64,000 nucleotides of DNA from Octopus vulgaris (Eukaryota): positions 73,470,001 to 73,534,000 of the forward strand of contig OX597823.1 of the NCBI GenBank assembly GCA_951406725.2, in the 5' to 3' direction. The notes under the pieces are model-generated. The model searched no databases and had not been told where the DNA came from. It worked only from the letters and a program-made list of their open reading frames with translations. Both the position numbers and the translations under genes were made by a program. Positions 27,605 through 39,695 of the stretch are shown here, piece after piece (within the stretch, counting starts at the first letter, position 1; every line of letters starts with the position of its first letter).

Positions 27605-30363
27605 TAGTTTTATTTTTATAGCGTGCTTTCACTTCACTACCGAGCGCAGCTCTGTGTGCCTTAGGTATGTGCTGTGATTTGTTGTGATGCTCTGATTGTT
27701 ATTGTTTGGAAAGTGTTCTGCGTAGGATGTGTGCAGTGCCTAATAGTGCAATTTTCTGTATGTTATATGTGTTTGTAAGTCCTGGTGTTTTTGTTATATA
27801 TTTGTCTGAATATTTTTTTATCTTGCCTAATGCACCTACTATGATAGGAATTGTTTCTGGTTTTAGATTCCGCATTCTGGTTACCTCTATTTCCAGGTCT
27901 TTGTATTTTGAAAGTTTCTCCATTTCTTTTAGAGACACGTTGTCATCTGCCGGTATTGATACATCAATTAGAAAGCATTTTTTTCTTCATTCTCTCTGAC
28001 AACTATATCTGGTCTGTTAGCCTTAATTTCTCTATCTGTGTGTATCAGCATATCCCAGAGTATTGTTGCTTTCTCGTTTTCTGTGACCATTTCTCGTGTG
28101 TGCCTATACCATCTTTTTCTGTTGTTAGTCCATAATGTTGGCATAGCTGCCAGTGTATGTAGGTTCCAACTCTGTCATGTCTGTGAATATATTCCTTCTT
28201 AGCCAGGACTGGGCAGCCAGAGATAATATGATTTATTGTTTCTTGTCCATCTCCACATATTCTGCAGTTACTTGTTATATTTCTTTTCATTGCATGTTTT
28301 TGGTAATTTCTGGTGGGGAGGCTTTGGTCTTGTGCTGCAATTAAAAATCCCTCTGTCTCTGCTTTGAGTCCTGAGCTTCTCAACCATGCTGGGATTTTTC
28401 TTTGTCTATTTCTTTTGCGTTTAGTTTAGTCCAGTATTTACCATGAAGGGGCTTTTCTTGCCATCGTTTTATCATGGTTCATTGCTGTTCTATTTTTAGT
28501 TTGGATTTCATTTGTTTTATAGCATTTGTTGTTTCTTCATCTTCTTCTTCTTCATCATCATATTTATTAGGTGGTATGATTTCTTGTTTGTATTTGTCAG
28601 CTTCCTTAAATACTGAGAACAGTTTTTTGTTTTGCTCGTGTTTTGCCGCTATTTGTATCAGTTTTCCTTCCTTCTGAAGTAGATATTTTTGCAGTCCTAT
28701 AGTGGTTAATTTATAGTAGTTTTCAGCTGTATAAGGCCTCTATCACCTTCTATACGTTATATATATAGTCTTTCTATGTCAGATTTTGGGTGATGCATCC
28801 TAGATCCTGTCATTATTTTTCTTGTTTTCCTATCTATTTTGGTCAGTTCATTTAGTGTCCAGTTAAGGATATTGTAGCTGTAACTTATAACTGGGACAGC
28901 TAAAGTGTTAATACCTATTTTCTTGTTTTTAGCATTGAGCTATGTTTTTAGTATTGATCTAACTCGTCTATAATATTCTTTTTTTATTTTCTCTTTCATT
29001 TGTGTGTGTTGTGTCTTATCTAGTTCATGGATTCCTAAGTATTTGTAAGTTTGGCTTTGGTCTAGTTCTTTTATTTCGTTGGTTTTATTTAGTGTGATGT
29101 TGCTACTCTTAACTAGTTTTCCTCTTTTCATGGTTACTTTGGCGCATTTTTCTAATCCAAATTTCATATCTATTTCTTTGGTAAATCCATGAACTGTCTT
29201 TAGTAGTGTTTCCAGCTGTTTGTCATTTGCAGCGTATAGTTTTAGGTCATCCATATATAAAAGGTGGCTGATCGTTTTGCCGTAACATTTATATTCGCAT
29301 CCAGTTCTATTTAGCATATCAGATAGAGGTAACAGTGCCAAGCAGAAAAGGAGTGGAGAGAGCGGGTCTCCCTGGAATATTCCTCTTCTAATGGGGATGG
29401 CTTTGGTTTCCATGAGTCCCTCTTTTGTTTGGAGCTGTAGCACTGTTTGCCATTTATTCATAGAGTGCCCTATGAATTTTATAATTGTTGGTGCTGCTTT
29501 GTTAATGGCTAGTGTTTCGAGGATCCATGTGTGGGGGATGCTATCAAACGCCTTTTTGTAGTCGATTCAGGCCATACTGAGGCCTTTCTTCTTTCTGTGG
29601 CTGTCTTCAGTTATGGCTTTATTAATCATTAGTTGATCTTTACAGCCATATGATCCTTTGCGGCATCATTTCTGCTCTTCTGGAAACAGGTTGTTTTCGT
29701 CCAGGTGCTTGTTCAACCTTTGCGATATCACTGCAGTGAATGCCTTGTACATTGTAGGGAGACAGGTTATTGGTCTGTAGTTTTCTGGTTTTGCTGTCTC
29801 ATTTTATTTGGGAATTAAGATGGTTCCCCCCCCCCCTTCGTGAGCCATTCAGGCATTGTCTCTGGCTCTGCTAGTATGTTGTTAAAGTTTTCAGCCAGCT
29901 TTTTGTGCATTCCTGTTAGATATTTCAACCAGAAGTTGGGGATCTTGTCATGTCCAGGAGCCTTCCAGTTGCTTAGTCTTTGCAGTGCCTGGGTGACCTC
30001 TTCAGTTGTTATGGGGGTCCAAAGTTGCTCAGATGCTGAGTTTGTTGTTTTAATACTCCTTTTTTTGGTTGTTCGTTCGCCGACCATATTTCTCTCCAGA
30101 ATTCTTCCACTTCTTCTGCCGTTGGTGCTGCAGTTATTTCTATTTTATTTTTGCCAAGTTCTTGGTAGAACTTTTTGGGGTTGGAGTTGAACTTTTTGTT
30201 TTGTTCAAAGAAGCGCTGGCGTTTCTCGTACAGGCGGATCCTTTGTGCTTTGGCATATCTTGCTTGAGCTTTTCTTTTATCTCAGGTAAATCTTTTTCTG
30301 TGATGTTATATTTGCAGAGTATTTTTGTTTTCTTTTTGTTGCTCAGTAGCGTTGATTGTCTAC

Positions 30364-30365
<2 letters not shown>
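27602..30365 (-). mobile_element. 5'-truncated, frameshifted R4/Dong-clade retrotransposon, copy 2
   Basis: Successive ORFs give NWKAPGHDKIPNFWLK, RGIFQGDPLSPLLF...HLLYMDDLKLY (RT), a CRIC..H..C knuckle and the RLE C-terminus. Flanked by (TAA)n. Confidence 0.92.
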
Positions 30366-30417
<52 letters not shown>

Positions 30418-30420
30418 GTG

Positions 30421-30760
30421 AAGGCGCATGGCTCAGTGGTTAGAGCGTCGAGCTTACGATCGTGAGGTTGTGAGCTCGAATCCCGGTCCGGGCTACGTGT
30501 TGTGTTCTTGAGCAAAGCACTTTATTTTCACGTTGCCCCAGTTCACTCAGCTGTAGAAATGAGTTGCGACGTCACAGGTGCCAAGCTGTATCGACCTTTG
30601 TCTTTCCTTTGGATAACACTGGTGGCGTGGAGAGGGGAGGCTGGTATGCATGGGCGACAGCTGGTCATCCATAAACCACCTTGCCCGGACTTGTGTCTAG
30701 GAGGGTAACTTTCTAGGTGCAATCCCATGGTCATTCATGACCGAAGGGGGTCTTTACCCT
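30421..30760 (+). mobile_element. tRNA-derived SINE family C, inserted within a (TAT)n array
   Basis: A box tggctcagtgg, B-box-like gctcgaatcc, CORE-like gtgttcttgagcaa. Homologous to 24090-24425. Confidence 0.88.
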
Positions 30761-30768
30761 TATTATTA

Positions 30769-30800
<32 letters not shown>

Positions 30801-30803
30801 TTT

Positions 30804-30932
<129 letters not shown>

Positions 30933-31407
30933 TCATAAAAACTCACTGCTTATTTTGTTGGGTATGGTGGAAAGTGCCAGCTGTCCACCGCCAGCAGACT
31001 AAGGTGAAACTTGCTTACTGATCATGCATCAAGAGCCCTGAGAAGAATTCTTACAGTTCCAAACGATGCTGATTTTTGTAGGTGTTCTACCTTCACACTT
31101 GCACCGACCTTTTATATCCATGCTGGTGGCTGAGTGTTGATGCTTTCAAGTGCACCAATTACTATTGGTATCACGTCTACTGTCTTCATTGACCACAACC
31201 TTCGTATTTCCCCCTTCAAATCGTCATAGTTGTTCACTTTTTCTTCTTTCACATTGATCCTGCTATTACCAGGGCATCCTATGTCGATTATCACGCATGT
31301 TCTTTCTTTTTTATTCACCTCAATGTCCGGTTTCTGATGTCTGGTCGCACTGGATCATTGCATTTTACGGAAATTTGCAATTTTCATATTCCATGACTCC
31401 TGCTCAT
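30933..31407 (-). mobile_element. R4/Dong-clade 3' fragment, copy 3
   Basis: ORF 31112..31318 CVIIDIGCP...YDDLKGEIRRLW...IPIVIGAL is homologous to the RLE C-terminus of copies 1 and 2. Confidence 0.8.
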
Positions 31408-31421
31408 TATTATTACTATTT

Positions 31422-31552
<131 letters not shown>

Positions 31553-31653
31553 CGGCAGGGGTTACAGAGTATCCCAAGAAGTTATGGTCTCATGCATTGT
31601 TCAATGCGCAAAATTTCTTGGCCTTTAAGTCACTCTGTAACTTGGGTCAAGAA

Positions 31654-31769
<116 letters not shown>

Positions 31770-32439
31770 ATACATATATATATATACAATTTAAAGTAAA
31801 CAGAAAATGGAGAAATATTGATCAACAACAATTGACTGACATCAATTATTACTTTTTCATACAAATAGACTATCCCATCTAACAGCTGTTTCTGCTTCCG
31901 ATGTTCTACAGCATTGCCATTGATAATTCTGAAAATAATATTCGTCATATTTGGTAACACATCCGATCTAGAACATTGAGCTTTATCAGAGTGAAGAAGA
32001 ATACATAAAAGAAAATAAAATAAAAGAAGAGCCTCGAGAAGAAGATACAGGCTTGATATATTTAAATCAAACCATTTTGCATATGTGTCGCTTCAGGACG
32101 TTAAGTAAATGACTAAACTTAAGATATTAATTGGTGGGCTAATTTTTCTATGGGGGGGTCACAGTGTGTATAAGTAATAAAAAAGTCAAATAAAAATTTT
32201 AAAATTTCCATATCGAGATACGCCAATATGTTTGGACAAAGAGGGAGAGAAAATTCCATAACGTTCTGAAGTAATCATAATTCTTAAAATTATATTAATA
32301 GTACTAATTAAAAGTTTATGATAATAAAGTGTCCGCCAATTCATTACAATTATTTACTTGTTGTAAAGACCAACCACCTATCGCCCGTATTGGGATTGAA
32401 CAAAAGTACCAACGATTTTAAATCAAATTGTTTTGATCA

Positions 32440-32514
<75 letters not shown>

Positions 32515-32520
<6 letters not shown>

Positions 32521-32695
32521 GATTTTACAAAGAAAACAAAAGACGCAGATGGGTGTGTAAACAACAAACAGATGTATTAGTTTCTTTTACGTTTCGAGTC
32601 TACGCTCTTCGACAGAAAGGAACGCAGAAATAAACTGGGAGAGAAAATAGATAAAGGTTTAGTGGCTAGCGGTCTATCATGGCGAATGCCGTGGT
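32515..32695 (-). mobile_element. Family H1 copy 2, with HHR-like motif at 32584-32619
   Basis: The motif is identical to 1157-1192, and the copy follows (TA)n. Confidence 0.65.
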
Positions 32696-33040
32696 AGAGA
32701 TATATATTCTTGCTACTCCGAATTTCATCTGCGGAAGAAACATTATAGACAGTAACTACTTTAACCTGTGTCATGTAGTGGAGCCCTGGTTCGGGAGTTC
32801 CGATGTTTTGATGTGCGTGGAATAACCACTTAGCCATTATTGTTCCTCGGTCTACTTTGACCTGGAGTAGTAACACCTGTCATGGTTCCAGTTATAGCTT
32901 GATTAGCCTACCTATGTATGTAAAGACTAGATCCAGATGATTCTTGGAAGAAACCTTCATGATTCGATGTAGGAGAAGGCGGTTGCATCAATATAGTGCG
33001 GATTGCAGAGAGCAATATGAAGCAAGTAAGACATCTTAGT

Positions 33041-33562
33041 GGAGGCGCGTGGCTTAGTGGTTAGGGTGTCAGACGCGTTGTGTTCTTGAGCAAAACACTT
33101 CATTTCACGTTGCTCCAGTCTACTCAGCTGGCAAAAATGAGTAACGCTGCGATGGACTGGCGTTCTGTCCAGCTAGGGAACACATACGCCACTGAAACCG
33201 GGAAACCTGGCCCATGAGCCTGGCTAGGCTTTAAAAAGGGCGCATTTGGAGATGCAATGGCACAGTGGTTAGGGCAGCGGACTCGCGGTTGGAGGATTGC
33301 GGTTTCGATTCCCAGACTGGGCGCTGTATGTGTTTATTGAGCGAAAACACGTAAAAGCTTCACGAGGCTCCGGTAGGGGGTGGTGGCGACTCCTGTTGTA
33401 CTCTTTCGCCACAACTTTCTCTCACTCTCTCTTCCTGTTTCTTGAGTAACGCTGCGATGGACTGGCGTCCCGTCCAGCTGGGGGGGGGAACATATACGCC
33501 ACAAAAACTGGGAAACCGGGCCCATGAGTCTCGTTAGCCTTGAAAAGGACGACGTTTATCGT
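33041..33562 (+). mobile_element. Head-to-tail pair of related family B SINEs inside one 14-bp TSD
   Basis: tRNA-like heads at ~33043 and ~33248. TSD taagacatcttagt at 33027-33040 and 33563-33576. Confidence 0.85.
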
Positions 33563-34333
33563 TAAGACATCTTAGTCCTCTAGTGCACTTGTTTTCATAC
33601 TCAGTCGTCTTGACATGGCTTTGGCACTGGAATGAAAATAGTCACAGACGAGAGAGTGAGATCGTGGGGGCACAACTCTTCTTCACTTTAAAGAAAGTCA
33701 CCGCGATTGTAATCATTTATCCTTAAAGATCAAGAGATGATCCTCATCGCTCCGACGGACGAATATCATAAGCAAATTATAAATTAGCAAGAATTAAAGA
33801 GATTTATGATTGGTAGCGTTTGGTCTATCAAACGGCTTAGCAAAACAGGGTTTGTTATAAACTATCAGGCAATTTAAGAATGAGCTGTTTTGGTAATTGT
33901 AACAAATTATTTCATTTTTATGAAACCAACTGAAAGGAAAATAATATCAACAGCATACTTTGAAAATGTATTTGTAAATATTGAATTTAAGTCCATTGCA
34001 GCTCTACTTAATGATGAAAGTATTGAACTAAGGGTGAATGAACTCGGGGTGTTATGTTTTGCATAATAAATAATTATTTAGAACTTAGTAAGACTGTATA
34101 TATAAGTATGTGTCAAGCATAGCCTGATCAGATGGTTTTTTATAGAGCAGTGTCTCGTATTGTTGGAATAATAAATCATGGGCTTACTATACAATACTTC
34201 TCTTAAGTATATACTATACTTCTCTCAAAATAGCATCATTCCTTACAACTGATGTTCAAGAGGAACATGCATCTATATGTGAATACGTATGTGTGTGCAT
34301 ACCTATATGTATATACACATATATGGGCGTGTA

Positions 34334-34383
<50 letters not shown>

Positions 34384-34430
34384 AGTACTTACATATATAC
34401 ACGCATGTGTATGTGCGACATGTGTGCACG

Positions 34431-34482
<52 letters not shown>

Positions 34483-34539
34483 AGTACCTACATATATATA
34501 CGCATGTGTATGTGCGTCATGTATGCATGCATGTATATA

Positions 34540-34584
<45 letters not shown>

Positions 34585-34586
<2 letters not shown>

Positions 34587-35212
34587 CGGCGTACGTAGAC
34601 ATTGGTCTCTTATATGTAAGTATATATTCATCTAAATCTTGTACGACTCTAGTCTCTTATTCTTTTATTCTTTCCTTCTTCTATCAGACCTTTCACGCTT
34701 ATTTCTTCTATCCCTCTGCCTCTACCTCTCTCTTTTCTCCCCACGTGACTGGTGTTCGGCCAAGCCTGACCTTTCTTTCTTGGTTCAGCCGTTGTCCGTG
34801 CAACATCTATATTCTTCCCTGTGCCTGTGAAATCTTGTATCCCTGCCGTAAGGCTTTACTTCCGCACACGCCAGCTTAATTTAATTCGTCTTACGTCGAA
34901 AGACACCTGTTGTTATGTCCTGTTATTTGTATTTGTGTAACGTTCTCCGTTTTTCTGTCCTTGTTTTCCTATACATTCGCTGCTTTCTTCCAAGGAATCT
35001 AATGCTCTTTGCTTAGTTTTTCCTTGGGGCTGGTCAGATTGGAGCAATCTTGAGTATAACCAACTGAAATGGCAATATAATCTGGAACTCGACTGAAAGA
35101 AAACTCCGAATGACCCGTCCTTGTTTTCTTTGAATCGTCTATCTGGATGTTTTGTTGTCCCTTTCTTGTATCACCTAATTGTCTGGATATTTTGCGCTCT
35201 TGTCCCATTTTG

Positions 35213-35216
<4 letters not shown>
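34585..35216 (+). mobile_element. Non-coding element between (TA)n tracts, family H4, with a degenerate rearranged HHR-like motif at 35026-35107
   Basis: gcaa-TC-ttgagt...GAAA-tggc...actcga-CTGAAAG, with outer helix cagatt/aatctg. Same strand order as family H2. Confidence 0.5.
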
Positions 35217-35283
<67 letters not shown>

Positions 35284-37631
35284 TGTGTGTGTGTGTGTAA
35301 GTACATGCGTGCGTGTGTGTGCGTATATACGTATGTGTGTATGCATGTATATCATCTATGCATGTATATATGTGTGTATGTGAATCAGTATGTATTAAAG
35401 GCAACCTAAAATCTTAAAATGCTAGAATAGTGCATCTTGCTTTTCCTTCAAACGAATTCTTCTTTCTTAGATACACAAATAGGTTGTTTTAAATCGATAA
35501 TATATATATAAATTACATACCGTTACTGATGATAATTTGGTATATGTTAAATTAATGGTATTATCTAATCAAATGCATTATTAAGAAATCCTGTGAGGTT
35601 AAATGAAGAGAAAGTGTCGGAAAGTAAAAGAAAAATTGGAAAGTCTATTAGAATATAAATTAAAATATAAATTATTTTAGAAAATGTTGAAGTTGATTAA
35701 TACGAAGATAAAATAAAATACAAATTTGTTTAGTCTAGAATAATTGTTGGGTTTGTAAATTGGTAGTCCGTTCATTTAGAAGGAGGTTAAAGAATAAAAT
35801 GTACTAAAGTTAACTACTGTGAAAAAAGAAATTAATGACAATTAATATATTGATGGTTAAAGGGAAATTATATGTTGCAAGTTCAATAATCAAATAAATA
35901 TAATTAATGGTGGAAGGTTAATCGAGTGTGAGCTTAGGCAATTAAACGGTAAAACTCTACTATATTCCAAACTCTGGGTTCATTAGTTACTATTATGTAG
36001 TTTGTTTCTATGATATATCACTACTGAATTGCAAAGTTATAACTATTAAAACGGTTGTTATTTGAGTGATGGACTTCATCTTAAGTGTGTTTTCTGTCTG
36101 GTTAATGGTGAATTATTACAATTCTATTGACAGTTATGTTCCATAATGATGGGGCATAGAAGATAGCAGATGTGTACAATCGATTGGCAAGGGCATGAGT
36201 TAAAATCATCTTTTTGAACAAAATTATTTGTTTGAGATCATTCAATTTTCTAAGAATTCCATTCACAAGATTAAACTAATTCCGACTTCGATTAAATGAT
36301 TTCAAGTTTGACAAGAAGGCTTCAACAACGTCTATGATGCACAGATGATAAGTCATTTTACTGTTAGTTTACCATTTTGCAAAATATAATGCTTCTATTT
36401 TGTATTAGAATTCGGATGGCTGACTTCAAATTACAAATGCCACTTCCTAGCAAGGCGTCAGCTTTTTGTTTTGGATTCTAAAAGTGTTGCTATATTAATT
36501 AAAACCAATTTTAATGGCTTGCTCGTTAATCTCAGATGTGAAATTTATGATGATTCAGTGTTGATCTGAGTGCAAAAAAATTATTTGGCCTAACAACTTC
36601 CTTCAAGCTGAAAACAGTTGATATTAATACAATTACAGTTAAATGTATTCTGCTTATAGGACTAGGTTATTAAATTGAATACGTTATAATTTGCTAATAT
36701 CAAGTCTTATCTTTTGCAGATTTGGTATATGTGGTTGAATAGAAATGTCGTGGGTGGAGTTTGAAAAGGTCTAAATACACATGTACATATACATATACAT
36801 ACTTTAAATATCCTTGTGTATAGGTTACCATACTCCTGAAGTCTTTTGTAGTAAATTTCTACGTTCTTATTAACCCGTATACGCTATAATTATCATATTT
36901 ACCCACAAAGTAAATACTTTCAACAAAAACATCGTATCGACTACGAACAGCAACAGCTCTTTTAATTATAACAGCTTAGCAATTACATGAAGATCTATCA
37001 TAGAAACTAAACAATATTAACTGATAAACCTAGAATTTAGAATCCAGCCGAGTTTTACCATTTATTACAGTCATTTGATTAACTTTAGAATCGATTAACG
37101 CCCCGCTATTAATTATATCTATTTAATTAATGCACTTGCAACTTACAATTTGCTATCAGACACTCAATTTATTAAGCTTTATTAACTATTATTTTTAGTG
37201 TAGTTAACTTTATTGCAAATTACATGTATACAAATCAAAATATTGCAAAGTATTCAAATCTATATTTTATTTTACATTTACTATACTTAATCCGCTTCAA
37301 TTTTATCCTACAATAATTTATATTCTAATTTACATTCTAGTGTAATTGCTGTCGTGCGCTTTCTCTTAATTTGAAATCACATCCTTTCTTAATAACGTAT
37401 TTGATGCGATAATACTATTGGCTTGACATATATTAAATTGTCTTCAGTAAGATAATGTAACCTAATATACATACACATTGTTAGCTAGGAAACGTTCTGC
37501 AGAAGACCATAGCAACTAAAGTTATATATGCTGTATATTCATAAACTGGTTATATCAAAGAACGTAGAAGTTTTTACGGGTAAGCCTAAACACAGTGCTA
37601 TCGATTTTGTTTTCTTTCTGGCTTCTGTTAA

Positions 37632-37922
37632 GTGGCTGTGTGGTAAGAAGTTTACTTCGCAACCATATGGTCCCGGGTGTGGCACATTGGGCAAGTGTCC
37701 TCTACAATAGCCCCGAGGCCGATTAAAGCCTTGTAAATGGCTTTGGTAGATGGAAACTGAAAGCTCATTAGATGTGTGTGTGTGTGTGCTTATGTGTATT
37801 TAGGTGTGTCTGTGTTTGCGTTTTTTTCCCTACCATCGCTTGACTACCGGTGTTGGTTTGTTTACATCCCTGTAAGTTAGCGGTTCTGCGAAAAAGACCT
37901 ATTAAATAAGTACTGAACTTAA
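37632..37922 (+). mobile_element. SINE family A, 3'-truncated copy
   Basis: gtggctgtgtggtaagaag...gggcaagtgtc...ggtagatggaaactgaaag matches family A. Confidence 0.8.
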
Positions 37923-37924
37923 AG

Positions 37925-38290
37925 AATCCCAAATTTTATTTTATTTGCTTTGCGGGAAGGACTGTTTCAACGAAGTCGCGTCTTGTCCTTGCCCTCAAGA
38001 CGCGGATTAGATGAAACAGGGACAACTGTTGAAGGGGAATATTCTTTATGTTGTACGTCTCATTCCTCTGTTTATTTTTTTCGTTGTTCGAAAACAAGTT
38101 CGTTTCTATGTTTTTGTTTTTGTTTTCGTTTCTCATTGTGTTCAACGCTTCTTTGACGTTCTGTATCCATATATGCATGTATATATACATATATATGTAG
38201 GTATGTACATATATGTATGTACATATGCATATATTTATATATTATTTATATTACTGTATAATCGAACGCCACGCATCCTTTTCCAAGTAA

Positions 38291-38292
<2 letters not shown>
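37925..38292 (+). mobile_element. Family H2 copy with a mutated rearranged HHR at 37952-38045
   Basis: Homologous to 14862-15200 and to the reverse complement of 12144-12500. Ends at (TA)n. Confidence 0.65.
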
Positions 38293-38330
<38 letters not shown>

Positions 38331-38375
38331 ATAAGATACAAATCGTAAGTTCAGGAGAATTACATTTTTTAATAT

Positions 38376-38447
38376 CGACACTAATGGGATCCGAACCCAT
38401 AATCTTCGGCTCCGTAAGCAGACGCATTATCCATTAGACCACACTCG
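38376..38447 (-). pseudogene. tRNA-Arg(ACG)-derived SINE head or pseudo-tRNA
   Basis: Minus strand gtggtctaatggataatgcgtctgcttacggagccgaagattatgggttcggatccc resembles animal tRNA-Arg(ACG), but the acceptor stem is not intact. Confidence 0.6.
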
Positions 38448-38558
38448 GACCCTGGAGTCGTAGATTGTTGGTTCAAGTCCCATGAGCATCGATATTTAAA
38501 AGTATAATTTTCCTGACTTAGATATGCATCTTATCCTATTTCTGTTGGAGCTATAGTA

Positions 38559-38664
<106 letters not shown>

Positions 38665-39186
38665 GTAACTTACACTCATATATCTAATCGATGTTTTTCC
38701 TTGTTAAGTTCCCTGTGGAGTTTTTTTCTCTGCATGTATGTACATTTTTACTTTACTATTGTAACTTTTTAATATTTCCTATCACTTTTTAGCCTCGTGT
38801 AATTTTTTTTTTTCGTTTTTCAATATTAATATGTATATGTATAACTCTCAGTTTTTTTCTACTGGTCCACCTGCTTCGTTATATTTTAATGTACACACGT
38901 GTCCCTGTTTATTATACTTTTCTCGACCTGTTATCATTTTTTAAAACATACCCGTTAGCCTTTCATTCTTATTTTTATGTTATAGTTTACCGCACATATA
39001 TGTCTGTCATTTTTCTCTTTCGTCTCTCTTACTGCAATTATTACTGTTATTTTCTCCCCTTTTACAACTTGTTTGTAAATATCCGATTTTATCCCTATTA
39101 CCCCATTTGTATTTTCCCTTATTATATCTCATTTTAATTTACTTAATTTTATCAAACCTTTTTTTATGTCCTTACAAAAATTCCTC

Positions 39187-39283
39187 GCACTGATGAAAAT
39201 GATAATGCATAAATTTAATAATAATTACTATGGTTATAATTTTTTCTTACATATTTGTATTGTCCTTTGAAACTCGCGTATGT
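39187..39283 (+). ncRNA. Degenerate type I hammerhead with long stem II
   Basis: gca-CTGATGA-aaatgataatgca...tgtattgtccttt-GAAA-ctcgcg-TA-tgt. Confidence 0.45.
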
Positions 39284-39383
39284 ATTGATTCGATAGTGAT
39301 ATGGAATGCCTTCTATTTATTTTGGAATATGCATTTACGTTTCCCATAATCAAATTTAAAAGATATTTATATATATGTATGTA

Positions 39384-39421
<38 letters not shown>

Positions 39422-39647
39422 ATAGATGGAGGTGTATATATATATATATACGTATACATATATATGTGCACATATATGATTCGATCGAGAACCCATCAGT
39501 AGAGAAGATGGCATCGATACTATTCATGTTGATAGTGATGCGATGAAATAATGAAAAAGAATCGCTCATCTTTTTAACAAACAGATTCATACAGCGTTAT
39601 TAATTTTATATATTTATATAACATAAACTCGATTTCGCATTATAAAT

Positions 39648-39695
<48 letters not shown>

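Noticed and set aside
38376-38447. Functional tRNA-Arg gene
   Set aside because: The acceptor and anticodon stems are disrupted, so it is treated as a SINE head or pseudogene. The same applies to the other SINE heads.
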